Shown here in pieces: positions 19,691 to 29,982 of a stretch of 57,390 nucleotides of DNA (the stretch's first letter is position 1; each line of letters opens with the position of its first letter). Under the pieces are notes generated by a model. It ran no database searches and was not told the DNA's origin. It was given only the letters and a program-made list of their open reading frames with translations. Made by a program: the position numbers and the translations under genes. This DNA is from Bdellovibrionales bacterium RIFOXYD12_FULL_39_22 (lineage in GTDB: Bacteria > Bdellovibrionota > Bacteriovoracia > Bacteriovoracales > Bacteriovoracaceae): contig MEQL01000008.1 in the NCBI GenBank assembly GCA_001770205.1, positions 1 to 57,390 on the forward strand, in the 5' to 3' direction.

Positions 19691-21754
19691 ATGAAAATAG
19701 CATTCACCTACAATCTCAAAACAGACAATTCCGAAGATCAGGCAGAATTTGACACCAAACAGACCGTTGATGCTCTAAGCGAAGCGATGAGCAATCTCGG
19801 CCACCAAGTGGAACATGTCGAAGTAAGCGGCCCTCCATCACAAGTAATGGCAAAACTGGAATCTCTCAATCCCGATTTAGTTTTTAATACCGCAGAAGGA
19901 AAATATGGCCGCTATCGAGAGGCCTTTTATCCTGGGCTTTTTGAACAATTAGGCCTTCCCTTCACTGGCTCAGATGCCTACCTCTGTAATCTAACTTTGG
20001 ATAAAGATCTGACTAAAAAGGTAGTGGCCGAACTTGGAGTCCCTGTTCCAACTTCTCAACAAGTTACTAGAATAGGCCAACTCAATGAAAAAAATATTCG
20101 CTTCCCTGTTATTCTAAAACCAAATTTTGAAGGAAGCTCTAAAGGTATCACCCAGGAATCTATCGCCGAAAATCTCGACGAGCTCAAAGAGAAGCTAAAA
20201 GTAACTTTAAAAAAATATCCCGCAGGTATTTTAGTTGAAGAGTTTGTTGTTGGTAAGGATATAACAATTGGTTTTGTTAACGGTATTAATAATGATAACA
20301 AAGGTGTTTTAGTTCCTACCGAATATCATTTTGCTGCTGAGTATAGTGCTGGTAAAAAGTATCAAATCTACGACTACCATCTAAAAAACAGCGAAGCTGA
20401 TAAGGTGTCGTTGCGAACTCCCGCCGAACTAGACCCTAAAACCACTCAAGAGCTAATCAAATATGCTCAAAAAATATTCACGCAACTAGATATTAAAGAC
20501 ATTGGCCGCGTGGATTTTCGAGTCACCCCGGATAATCGCATCTACTTTATTGAAATTAACGCTCTTCCCAGCCTAGAACCGGGGGCCGGCATCTACCAAG
20601 CAGCGGCCCTTTTTGGCCATACTAAAATCGAAGATGTTTTAGATGCCATCATCAATAGCGCCTCTAAAAGATTTAATATTCGGCCGCAAAAATCTTTGAA
20701 GAAAAATTTAAAAAAACTACGAATTGGTTTTTCTTACAATGAAAAACGCATCATCCCCCAAAGCAATCCGCTTACAGACATTGAGGCCGAATATGATGCT
20801 CCAAAAACACTTGATGCTATCCGCTCTGCCATTGCTTCTTATGGCCATGAAGTGGTAGATCTTGAAGCAACTCCCGAGCTACCCGCCAAATTGATTAGTG
20901 CCAATATCGATCTCGTTTTTAACATCGCCGAAGGGATCAAGGGACGCTACCGTGAATCCCAAGTACCTGCACTGCTAGATTTAATGGGAATTGAATACAC
21001 CGGTTCCGATGCCTCGACCATGGCACTTACTTTAGATAAAGGATTGGCCAAACGCATAGTCCGCGAAGCTGGAGTTAAGACTCCCAATTTTTTACTCTTC
21101 ATAACTGGTAAAGAGCCACTTCCTAAAGATTTTAAATTCCCGGTAGTAATTAAACCCGTCGCAGAAGGTAGCTCCAAAGGTTTAAATGACAAAAGTGTAG
21201 TGCATAATGAAAAAGATTTAAGAGAAGAGGCCTCGGCCATCATCGCTCGCTATAAGCAAGGGGCCTTGGCCGAAGAATATCTGCCAGGAAGAGAGTTTAC
21301 CGTCGCAGTAATTGGTGAAAAAAGGCCACAGATATTACCTCCGATGGAGATTGTTTTTACTCCCGAAGCTGGAAACTTTCCTATTTATTCTTACCACCAT
21401 AAACTGGATGTAAATAGCGAAGTAAAATATGATGTTCCGGCCAAAATCGACGAAAAACTACGCAATCAATTAGAGCAAAATGCTCGCAAGGTTTTTAATA
21501 TTTTAGATTGCCGAGATATTGCGCGTATAGATTTTCGTCTAGATGCCGAAGGCAATGTTAATTTTGTTGAATGCAATCCGCTGCCTGGACTAACGCCTGG
21601 CTGGTCGGATTTATGTCTGATTGCCGAATCAACTGGAATGACCTATCGCGAATTAATTGGAGAGATTATTGCTCCGGCCATTCGTCGCTATAAGCAAAAA
21701 ATGAAAACACTCTTACACAAAGACAAAAACGATGCCCAACAGTCTGTTGAATAA
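19691..21754 (+). CDS. Tandem (two-domain) D-Ala-D-Ala-ligase-like ATP-grasp enzyme
   Basis: Two full repeats of FN.AEG / TGSDA / KP..EGSSKG / R.DFR / E.N.LP. Likely start MKIAF at 19691 (ORF track 19568). Confidence 0.88.
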   Translation: MKIAFTYNLKTDNSEDQAEFDTKQTVDALSEAMSNLGHQVEHVEVSGPPSQVMAKLESLNPDLVFNTAEGKYGRYREAFYPGLFEQLGLPFTGSDAYLCNLTLDKDLTKKVVAELGVPVPTSQQVTRIGQLNEKNIRFPVILKPNFEGSSKGITQESIAENLDELKEKLKVTLKKYPAGILVEEFVVGKDITIGFVNGINNDNKGVLVPTEYHFAAEYSAGKKYQIYDYHLKNSEADKVSLRTPAELDPKTTQELIKYAQKIFTQLDIKDIGRVDFRVTPDNRIYFIEINALPSLEPGAGIYQAAALFGHTKIEDVLDAIINSASKRFNIRPQKSLKKNLKKLRIGFSYNEKRIIPQSNPLTDIEAEYDAPKTLDAIRSAIASYGHEVVDLEATPELPAKLISANIDLVFNIAEGIKGRYRESQVPALLDLMGIEYTGSDASTMALTLDKGLAKRIVREAGVKTPNFLLFITGKEPLPKDFKFPVVIKPVAEGSSKGLNDKSVVHNEKDLREEASAIIARYKQGALAEEYLPGREFTVAVIGEKRPQILPPMEIVFTPEAGNFPIYSYHHKLDVNSEVKYDVPAKIDEKLRNQLEQNARKVFNILDCRDIARIDFRLDAEGNVNFVECNPLPGLTPGWSDLCLIAESTGMTYRELIGEIIAPAIRRYKQKMKTLLHKDKNDAQQSVE

Positions 21755-22865
21755 AAAAAATCGCGCACGTAACTTAGGAATTAAAATTGGCCGCTATCCT
21801 ACTGGTAAGTACAATGCCATCACCGATATAAAAGGGGTTCGGGTTGGACATACCACCATAATTCAAGGCGCCCACAGTGAAGGATCAACGGAAAAAACAA
21901 TTCGCACTGGTGTCACTGCCATTTTACCTAGCGACGATGAAGTTTTTAATGAGAGTGTATCCGCCGGCGCTTTCATTTTAAATGGTGCCGGAGAAGTCTC
22001 AGGCCTTACACAAGTACAAGAATGGGATTTAATCGAAACACCTATTTTACTTACAAACACTCTCTCGGTAGGAACCTGCTCTGACGCCGCCGTTCAATAC
22101 ATGATGCAAAGATATCCAGGAATTGGCAGCATCCAAGACGTAGTTATTCCGCTAGTGGGCGAATGTGATGACTCTTGGCTAAATGATATTGCGGGCCAAC
22201 ATGTGCAAGTAGAACATGTCTATCAAGCAATTGATAGCGCCCAGGGCGGCCCCGTTTTAGAAGGTTGCGTTGGCGGCGGAACTGGCATGATTACTTGTGA
22301 CTTCAAGGCCGGTATCGGAACTTCCTCTCGCCGCCTTCCTCAGAGTGATGGCGGTTATACGGTTGGGGTTTTAGTCATGAGCAATTTTGGGCAAATTGAA
22401 AATTTACTAATTAAAGGAATTCCCGTTGGAGAAATTCTGGCCAAGGATTATTCACATTTAAGTAAACGTCGAGACAATTATGGAAGTATCATTGCCGTAG
22501 TTGCCACCGATGCGCCACTAATGGGCCATCAGCTTGATCGTTTGGCCAAGCGTGCGGCCTTAGGAATCGGCCGCTGTGGCTCATTTGCTGCACATGGTTC
22601 AGGCGAAATTATTTTGGCCTTCTCCACCGGAAATAAAGTTCAACGCAATACCAACAAAATGTTTTATAAGATGAAAATTCTGCTTAATAAACGCATGGAT
22701 CCTCTTTATGAAGCAGTCATTGAGGCCACCGAAGAGGCCATCGTCAACTCACTTTTTATGGCCGAAGATATGGAAGGTATTGGCGGCCACTTTGCCCCCG
22801 CCCTGCCGGCCAATAAAGTTCGCGATATTATGCTATCCTATGAAAATATGAAAAAGTCTTTATAA
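21732..22865 (+). CDS. DmpA/P1 family (S58) aminopeptidase
   Basis: NAITD..GVRVGH, TGVT, VGECDD, VGGGTGM, G|SII autocleavage site, EATEEAI. Confidence 0.92.
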   Translation: MPNSLLNKKNRARNLGIKIGRYPTGKYNAITDIKGVRVGHTTIIQGAHSEGSTEKTIRTGVTAILPSDDEVFNESVSAGAFILNGAGEVSGLTQVQEWDLIETPILLTNTLSVGTCSDAAVQYMMQRYPGIGSIQDVVIPLVGECDDSWLNDIAGQHVQVEHVYQAIDSAQGGPVLEGCVGGGTGMITCDFKAGIGTSSRRLPQSDGGYTVGVLVMSNFGQIENLLIKGIPVGEILAKDYSHLSKRRDNYGSIIAVVATDAPLMGHQLDRLAKRAALGIGRCGSFAAHGSGEIILAFSTGNKVQRNTNKMFYKMKILLNKRMDPLYEAVIEATEEAIVNSLFMAEDMEGIGGHFAPALPANKVRDIMLSYENMKKSL

Positions 22866-22915
22866 ACAAACTACTGTGCTAGCGTGGTAGTGCGTTACTT
22901 TAACCTCGGCCAACT

Positions 22916-25900
22916 TCAATCATCGATCCACAACATAATATTTTTTGAATATATAATTGCTCCCCGATCTACTACTGCTTGCGAGGTTAAATCACTCATA
23001 AAGCTATGCGTGATAAGACTTGGCGTTTCTTCTGTAAGAAAATAAGAATCGGTAATAAGCGAAGCATTTTTCTGGCCGGCCAAACAATCCGTCATGTGCA
23101 CCAACTGCGTAAAGTATAGACGATCGGAAACATTGCTAACTATTGCTAAATTACTAAGCCTCTCTGTCTGCCCTAATATCTGAGAAGATAAAATGGGATT
23201 AATACCTTCACTTTTTCTATCATAGGCGACCTCTTTTGTGCGATCAAAATCAGCGATATAAAAATGCTCACTATCTCCTTTTTTTACATAGCCCATCAAA
23301 TCACCATAATTACCCAAAACATCAACTCCAGCATTATTAAAGTAGTCAATTTTTCCATTTTTAAACCTTATGGCAAATTCATCGTTACTGCTATATTCCT
23401 CTCTATCAAAACAACTTAGATATTTTTCTCTCGGGCCAGTATATATTCGCCAAAACGTATTACAAGAGAGAAACTCCTCAAAAACAAGCTCTTCTTCCGA
23501 AGAAATTTTCAAAACCTTATTAGCAACGGTCTCCTCATTAATAGGATACACTATTGTTAAAATTTGTTCATTTGGCCAAAAGTCTGTAATGGTGGCCGTC
23601 GATAAGTTTGCAAGCGGATATGACATATTCCCCTTTATTTTTTCCACCGCTAAAATAGATGGGCCATCATTACCTGATAAATTGAAAAGATAGTGATGGG
23701 AAAAATTTAAAAGATCCTGCGCAAAATCTCTAACTATAAAGTTCACAGGTGTTACCACAATCTCTTTACCCTTAAACTCAATCAGCAATTCTTTGGCCAT
23801 ATCATCATTTCGCACTATCCAAAACAGATCCTCATTCACTTTATTTTTTAAGGCCTTTGTTAGTTTGGTAGCATTAAGTGTTTGCACCCATGAGAGCGTA
23901 CAATCTCTCTTGCTCTCTTCACAATTTATAAAAAAGATATCAATGGATGGATTTATCTCATCTGGGCCACTACGCAATACTAGATTCTCTTTCGTGGCCC
24001 ACGAGATCTCAACTCCGTCCCCCATTTTTCCCAGCGGCCTCCACTGCATCTCTTGATAGTGCATGTAATAAAGATCCTGAGTTTGTCCATCACTTATCCC
24101 TAAAACAAAAGGAGAATCCCGGCGATAAAGAAGTCTCGTCACTCCAGTTGGATTGGCCACTTCGCTCCCATCCTCCAGATTAACAAAAGTTTTTTGCTGG
24201 ATAATTGCAAATTTATATTTACTTATAAAAACATCTAGTCCAGTTCCGAAATTTAGTGATAAAACCGCATGGGAAAATTTTTTCGCATGCTCTCCCCAGC
24301 GTTGATTAAGCGGTGAGCGTGGATCAGAAACGAACCATACTGAACTATTTAGAATTTCCCAAAGATTGCCCTTTGGTGTAGAAATGGCCTCCAGTGAATT
24401 TTTTAGCTCCAGACACTTCTGGCCTCGCTCTTTTGCACACACACCACTAACATAAGAAAAACTTTTGGCAATTTTTCTATCCGCCACAAAAGTGTTATAT
24501 TTCATCCAAGCAGCATCACCTACTCGACAAGCGGTGCGCAGACAGGCCCCCTCTCGTTGCATAGAAGAAATCAACTCTGTACGTTCTTTTAAGGCACTTT
24601 GTGATTGCTCATTGATATTTTCAACTACGTCCGAGACTCGCAAGGCCCAGCGCTGTCCAACACTAACACGAGGATCGGAGGAAAAAAGCCCTGCGGTCCA
24701 AATGGCCATAATTTCTTCTAATGACTTTTTCACTCCATCAACTACTATATAGTTGTTAGCAAAAAATTCATTAACCAAAGAAGAAAATCCCAGAGAATAG
24801 GCAAGGTTATAAACGGCTGTATAGCGCTGTCCAATTTGTGCATCTCTACTGGGAGTACTATGCCCTTCCCAATTAGCAGAACCAGGAGAACACTCCTCTC
24901 TCTGGCATAATTCAAACCCTTCCTGCACAATTTGCACCCGTGATTCTAAAGCTGCCTTCAATGCCTCGGCCCCCTTTCTAACAGCAACTTCCGGCCGAAA
25001 ACTGGGAACAATAACTTTATAAATGGCAATGGCAAAATTTTCTTCATCTCCCATAAAATCTGGATCATATTGTTCTAGAGAGTAATACGGCATAGTATTG
25101 GACTGCTTCAAACTAATGCGTCCACTGCTCTTCTCTGGCCAGCGAAATTGCAGCAGGCCGCCTTCTTTAGGTTCTTTAATTTGCTCCTCATCAAGAAAAC
25201 CTTCAACGTATAACGCTCGTATCATTCGCGGGGTAGTAGAAGAGTAAAGTTGAATGGGGATTTCGCTGCCATCAGAATCTTCTCCATATAGCCTGCCCAC
25301 CACTCTGGTATGGCCTGATTTTCCATGAATACGCAGATGGAAAATTCCTGGAATAATTGATTCAAAAGAGATTTTCAAGGGAAAGGCATCACCCAAAACA
25401 GTGTGAGTATAAGTATTGTCCAAAATGTAATCAAGAGCATTTAAAAAAAGCTGATCTTTATACCAGAGAGTATCTCTTCGCAAATTAGACCAAGACTGCT
25501 TGAAAGATTCATTCGAAAAAAGAACTTCCGATCCTCCCAAAGTATTTGCCGCCGGCAGGCCATTTATACGCGCAAAAATCCAGCGCAAAGATACCGCAGC
25601 ATCGGCACAATCGGTTTTAATATTATATTTTTTGAAAAAATCAGAATCTAAGTTGGCCACTATCCATTCTGAAAATTTTGTTTCCCACTCAATATTCCAG
25701 TTATTAGTAATCTCCCATAATTTAACACCTTTTAATTCGGTATAAACCTGATCGGCCAAACGAATTGGGCGCCTTTTAGCACTAAAATAAAGGTAATTGG
25801 TGTTGATGTAGTCTAGGGCCTGTGTCTTATCCGCAAACTCTTTAGAAAAAATTCGCTCCTGCAACTGGCCATTTTTTTGTTCAAAGATCTCTACTCTCCA

Positions 25901-26041
25901 TTGGCCTTCTTCCAAATATGCTACCAAATATTGTTTTGACTCTGCTCCATAATAATAACGTTTAATCAATGTTTCAGAAGAATCACTGCCAAAAAGTGAT
26001 AGATTTAAGGTAAAAAATAACAGAAAAAAGAAAAACTTCAT
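22916..26041 (-). CDS. Large secreted hypothetical protein with a possible Cys-His catalytic region
   Basis: Signal peptide; TDCADA...GHTRVV; internal duplication; beta-rich C-terminus. Confidence 0.75.
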   Translation of the reverse strand: MKFFFFLLFFTLNLSLFGSDSSETLIKRYYYGAESKQYLVAYLEEGQWRVEIFEQKNGQLQERIFSKEFADKTQALDYINTNYLYFSAKRRPIRLADQVYTELKGVKLWEITNNWNIEWETKFSEWIVANLDSDFFKKYNIKTDCADAAVSLRWIFARINGLPAANTLGGSEVLFSNESFKQSWSNLRRDTLWYKDQLFLNALDYILDNTYTHTVLGDAFPLKISFESIIPGIFHLRIHGKSGHTRVVGRLYGEDSDGSEIPIQLYSSTTPRMIRALYVEGFLDEEQIKEPKEGGLLQFRWPEKSSGRISLKQSNTMPYYSLEQYDPDFMGDEENFAIAIYKVIVPSFRPEVAVRKGAEALKAALESRVQIVQEGFELCQREECSPGSANWEGHSTPSRDAQIGQRYTAVYNLAYSLGFSSLVNEFFANNYIVVDGVKKSLEEIMAIWTAGLFSSDPRVSVGQRWALRVSDVVENINEQSQSALKERTELISSMQREGACLRTACRVGDAAWMKYNTFVADRKIAKSFSYVSGVCAKERGQKCLELKNSLEAISTPKGNLWEILNSSVWFVSDPRSPLNQRWGEHAKKFSHAVLSLNFGTGLDVFISKYKFAIIQQKTFVNLEDGSEVANPTGVTRLLYRRDSPFVLGISDGQTQDLYYMHYQEMQWRPLGKMGDGVEISWATKENLVLRSGPDEINPSIDIFFINCEESKRDCTLSWVQTLNATKLTKALKNKVNEDLFWIVRNDDMAKELLIEFKGKEIVVTPVNFIVRDFAQDLLNFSHHYLFNLSGNDGPSILAVEKIKGNMSYPLANLSTATITDFWPNEQILTIVYPINEETVANKVLKISSEEELVFEEFLSCNTFWRIYTGPREKYLSCFDREEYSSNDEFAIRFKNGKIDYFNNAGVDVLGNYGDLMGYVKKGDSEHFYIADFDRTKEVAYDRKSEGINPILSSQILGQTERLSNLAIVSNVSDRLYFTQLVHMTDCLAGQKNASLITDSYFLTEETPSLITHSFMSDLTSQAVVDRGAIIYSKNIMLWIDD

Positions 26042-26043
26042 AA

Positions 26044-26074
26044 AATCCCCCTACAGATTTATTGTAGAGGGATT
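26044..26074 (-). promoter_or_regulatory. Stem-loop covering the Shine-Dalgarno of the 1041-aa gene; possible terminator
   Basis: Minus strand AATCCCTCTACA-ATAAATC-TGTAGGGGGATT directly followed by TTATG. Confidence 0.5.
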
Positions 26075-26126
26075 ATGCTTTATAATGATTCCCGTGTAAA
26101 TAGCATCTTAGGCAAAAAACCTTAAG

Positions 26127-26651
26127 CTATTGGCAATTTCTAAAAATATAATCACCAAGATATTTCTCACCAACATAGACAGTGCCACCATCACAATGAG
26201 AACCATAGCGGCCAGTCATCTCTCCATTTCTACAGGTTGTTAGATTTTTCACCTTATATATGAAGCGCAAATCACTACCATTAAATTCCATCGACACCTC
26301 ATAGATTCCGCCAATATACTCCCCGGAAGAAAGCTGGCGATAACCATCAGTTTTCCAATTTGGATTGCGCAAATCATAGATGGAATTAACCGGTTGCTCG
26401 TTCCCCATATGAAAAACTAAATTGCCAGAATAAACCCGATAAGGCGCTTTTAAATTATTCCTTAGGTAATTAACTACGTTACGATCATGCACAACCAACT
26501 GAACTATTTCTGGCCGTTCGATATTGCGATCCACCACCGCCAATCCATTATCACAACTTAGAATTTTTTCCCATCGATCATTGTCCCACCATTCCGCAGA
26601 AGCAATTGATGCAAATATTGCTAGTAAAAGAAAAATTATCATTTTGTTCAT
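26127..26651 (-). CDS. Secreted hypothetical protein
   Basis: GGAGG RBS, signal peptide ending ASA, four Cys. Confidence 0.8.
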   Translation of the reverse strand: MNKMIIFLLLAIFASIASAEWWDNDRWEKILSCDNGLAVVDRNIERPEIVQLVVHDRNVVNYLRNNLKAPYRVYSGNLVFHMGNEQPVNSIYDLRNPNWKTDGYRQLSSGEYIGGIYEVSMEFNGSDLRFIYKVKNLTTCRNGEMTGRYGSHCDGGTVYVGEKYLGDYIFRNCQ

Positions 26652-26796
26652 AGATTCCTCCGGTTAAAAACAATTGAGATACTATAAAAAACAGATTCAA
26701 ATTAGTAGGAACCTATCACAACTCTGTATGCCCGGAAATTTAATTAGCCGAAATTGTAAAAAAGTAAGAGTGTTACCGAAAATAGAAAACTCTGCA

Positions 26797-28170
26797 TTAA
26801 GTCGGATGTTTTTGAAGGGTGAAATAAAATGTTGTCCCGCTTCCTCGTCCCTTACTCTCTGCCCAAATTTTGCCACCATGTGCTTCCACAATATTCTTGC
26901 AAATCGCCAGCCCGAGGCCATGTGAAGATAGATCATCTTTTAATTTGCTATCTGCCTTATAAAAGTCATCGAAAATCTTCTCCTTATCTGCGTCATCAAG
27001 TCCAATCCCATTATCTTCTATAAAAAAAAGATAATCCTGTTTGTTTTCGACGTAAGAGATAACAGAAATCTTAATCTCTCCATTTTGGGCCGTAAATTTA
27101 ACGGCATTACTTATTAAGTTATAAAAAATTTCAGTAATCCCAATTTCATCACCCAATATGTACGTTTCTGGAGCAACATATATGGACATTTTAACGGCCT
27201 TTTCATCCAAGATTTTTTGGTAGGAAATCAAAATCATCTTAATTATTTCAAACACATCTATCTTGCTATAATTTAACTTATATTGAGAAACATCAAACCT
27301 GGCCATATTCATTATGTTTTTGGCCAAACCCTTCATAAAATCAACACTCTGATTGCAAACGCCCACCATTTCAACAAGCTCTTTGTTGGGGCCTAACTTT
27401 TTAATTTCCTCTTGAATTTCTGGCAGTAATACTGAAAGCGGGGTAAGTGGAGTCTTTAAATCATGGCCTAATCGACCAATCATCTTATTTTTCTCTCCCA
27501 ATAAGCGAACAATCTTCCGGCCACGATCTTCTAATTTATTAGTAAAATCACGCAACCTTATGTAGAAAAAAATGAAAAAAATAATTAGGACCGTTGGGAC
27601 AGAAATCACTACCCAATTTAGCTTATAAATGGCCTCTTCATACTTATGAAAGTCATTGGAAACATCAACATATATTTCTAACGCTCCAAAAAATTTTCCG
27701 CCCAAATCAAGCGACGGATAGTAAACTTCTACAACATCATATTGCATTTCATCTGCCTCTAAATCCTTTTCATGTTTATGAATGAATTTGGAATAGAGCT
27801 TTCCTTTTTCCATAATTTGCACAAAATTTCTATTTGGATGAGTTTTTCCGATTTTTTCTTGCTCCGACGAAAAAATAATTTTTCCTGTCTGATCGAAAAT
27901 ATTTATCTTTTTTATACGCAATAGAGCAACTATTTGTTTGATCTCCAAAACTACTAAGTCACGATCGTAGGTCCTGGCATCAAAAATCTTTTGCGGTGAA
28001 AATTTATCAAATAAAATCTTGGCCTCTTTACTAACTTCATGCTCTATTTGTTGTATAAAGATGGCCCGAAAATGGGGATGGGCATAAAATAGGTTTATGG
28101 CCGGTGGCAAAAGGGGCCCCAAAGCGGCCAAGAATAAAATGATTTTATATTTACGCAATCCATCTTTCAT
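26797..28170 (-). CDS. Membrane sensor histidine kinase
   Basis: Two TM segments, H-box HDLKTPL, NLISNAVKF, DNGIG, GLGL. Confidence 0.93.
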   Translation of the reverse strand: MKDGLRKYKIILFLAALGPLLPPAINLFYAHPHFRAIFIQQIEHEVSKEAKILFDKFSPQKIFDARTYDRDLVVLEIKQIVALLRIKKINIFDQTGKIIFSSEQEKIGKTHPNRNFVQIMEKGKLYSKFIHKHEKDLEADEMQYDVVEVYYPSLDLGGKFFGALEIYVDVSNDFHKYEEAIYKLNWVVISVPTVLIIFFIFFYIRLRDFTNKLEDRGRKIVRLLGEKNKMIGRLGHDLKTPLTPLSVLLPEIQEEIKKLGPNKELVEMVGVCNQSVDFMKGLAKNIMNMARFDVSQYKLNYSKIDVFEIIKMILISYQKILDEKAVKMSIYVAPETYILGDEIGITEIFYNLISNAVKFTAQNGEIKISVISYVENKQDYLFFIEDNGIGLDDADKEKIFDDFYKADSKLKDDLSSHGLGLAICKNIVEAHGGKIWAESKGRGSGTTFYFTLQKHPT

Positions 28171-28279
28171 ATACAGAGAAGTATATCGGCAACTAACCTG
28201 CCGGTAAATTTAATTTTGCCTTGTTTTATTAATATCTCCTTGCTACCGTTCCACATCATCTTTTTCAGGAGCAAGCTAC

Positions 28280-29962
28280 ATGAAAACTTTCTTGATCTTG
28301 TCATTTTTTTCTACTGTTTTTTTCTGTCAAGCGCTATTTTCCGCTCTACCATCTCCGGAGCCTGTTAGTAAAAACATAACTAGCGGAGCACCCAACGCCA
28401 AAAAGGGAGGAACTCTTACTTATGAGGCCTATGAACCCAATCACATTAACCCCATAAATTTCGATCAGGCCGGCTCTATCGAAATCTTAACCAACTGGCT
28501 TTTTGAATCCCTTCTTGATACCGATTTAAAATCTGGGAACAATATCCCTTGTATCGCAGAAAAATGGGCCATCTCCAAAGATGGTTTGGAATTTGTCTTC
28601 TGGATTAATCCAAACGCCAAGTGGTTTGATGGAAAGGCCATAACCACAGAGGATGTCAAGTTCTCTTTTGAAGTTTATTCAATGGAAGGTGCAAACTCCC
28701 CCGTTCGTAAGTCACAAGCAGAGGAATTTTCCAAAATTGAGATCATCGATAGTCATACCATTAAGTTTACCGCCAAAAAGAGACTTTTTAGTAATTTTGA
28801 ATTTCTTGCTAGCAGCATTATTATGCCCAAACATCTCTACTATTACACTGACCCCGAAAAGTTAGCACGCAACGAATATACTAGATTACCCAAAGGCTCT
28901 GGCCCCTACATTATTCAATCATGGGAAAAGGGCGATCAGGCGGTAATGACGAAAAACCCTAACTGGTGGGGGGCCTCTCTAGCGCAAAATCAAGGGGCGT
29001 ACAACTTTGATAAAATTATTATCAAATATGTACGAGATCCCCAAATTGCTTTTGAACGCCTTAAGAAGGGAGATCTAGATTACATGCCAATTCGCATTGG
29101 AAATACAGAATTGTGGCGACAAACTAAAAGCGATAAGTCCTTTACTAGCGGAGAAATTAAGGCACTAGCGGTGCAATCTCGACTACAGCAAGGTTATGGC
29201 CTTATTGGATTTAATACCCAAAATGCTATTTTTAAAGATAAGGCCGTGCGGATGGCGCTACTTAGAGCAGTTAATCGTGATGAGATTATTGAAAAAAGTT
29301 TAGATGGACTAGCGCAAATTCCCATGGGGCCACTTTTTAGCGTTGATAATTTTAATGGAAAATTTAAAACACTAAATTACGATCCAGCGACGGCCAGCAA
29401 AGAGTTAAATGCGCTGGGGTGGAAAGATAGCGACGGTGATTATATTTTAGATAAGGGCGGCAAACCATTTAGCTTCACCGTACTAGTGCCTAATGCCAGA
29501 ATAGAAAAGGAGATGCTTTTCATTCAAAACTACTGGAAAAATATTGGGATCAACGCCAACATTAAAATAATGGAGTATAGCAGTTGGCGACAACTGCAAG
29601 ATGAGCGCCGATTTGATGCAATCGCTAATGGAAAAAGCCGCACTTTAAAACCATGGAGTGTCGATCCCTATTCTGAGTGGCATTCGGATAATCTACCTAA
29701 CGGACTGAAAAATTATTATGGATATAGTAATCCGAAGGTTGATCAGTTAATCATTAGTGCCCGTCAAGAGTTCGATGCCAAAAAGCGCAAGAAAATTTTA
29801 GATGAGGTCAATGACATCATTGCCGATGAGCACATTCTTTTGCAGTACTCCGAAAGTAAATATTCTCTGCATGGAATCAATAGCAAAATTGTACTACCTA
29901 ATGTCGATGGTAAAAACTGGTACCCCTATGACCTAGGAATGAAGTATTGGTATCGTAAATAA
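28280..29962 (+). CDS. ABC peptide-binding protein, family 5
   Basis: KGGTL, AEKW.IS.DG, WFDGK.IT.EDVKFS, GSGPY. Confidence 0.9.
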   Translation: MKTFLILSFFSTVFFCQALFSALPSPEPVSKNITSGAPNAKKGGTLTYEAYEPNHINPINFDQAGSIEILTNWLFESLLDTDLKSGNNIPCIAEKWAISKDGLEFVFWINPNAKWFDGKAITTEDVKFSFEVYSMEGANSPVRKSQAEEFSKIEIIDSHTIKFTAKKRLFSNFEFLASSIIMPKHLYYYTDPEKLARNEYTRLPKGSGPYIIQSWEKGDQAVMTKNPNWWGASLAQNQGAYNFDKIIIKYVRDPQIAFERLKKGDLDYMPIRIGNTELWRQTKSDKSFTSGEIKALAVQSRLQQGYGLIGFNTQNAIFKDKAVRMALLRAVNRDEIIEKSLDGLAQIPMGPLFSVDNFNGKFKTLNYDPATASKELNALGWKDSDGDYILDKGGKPFSFTVLVPNARIEKEMLFIQNYWKNIGINANIKIMEYSSWRQLQDERRFDAIANGKSRTLKPWSVDPYSEWHSDNLPNGLKNYYGYSNPKVDQLIISARQEFDAKKRKKILDEVNDIIADEHILLQYSESKYSLHGINSKIVLPNVDGKNWYPYDLGMKYWYRK

Positions 29963-29982
29963 ATAAGAGAACGGACAAAAAC

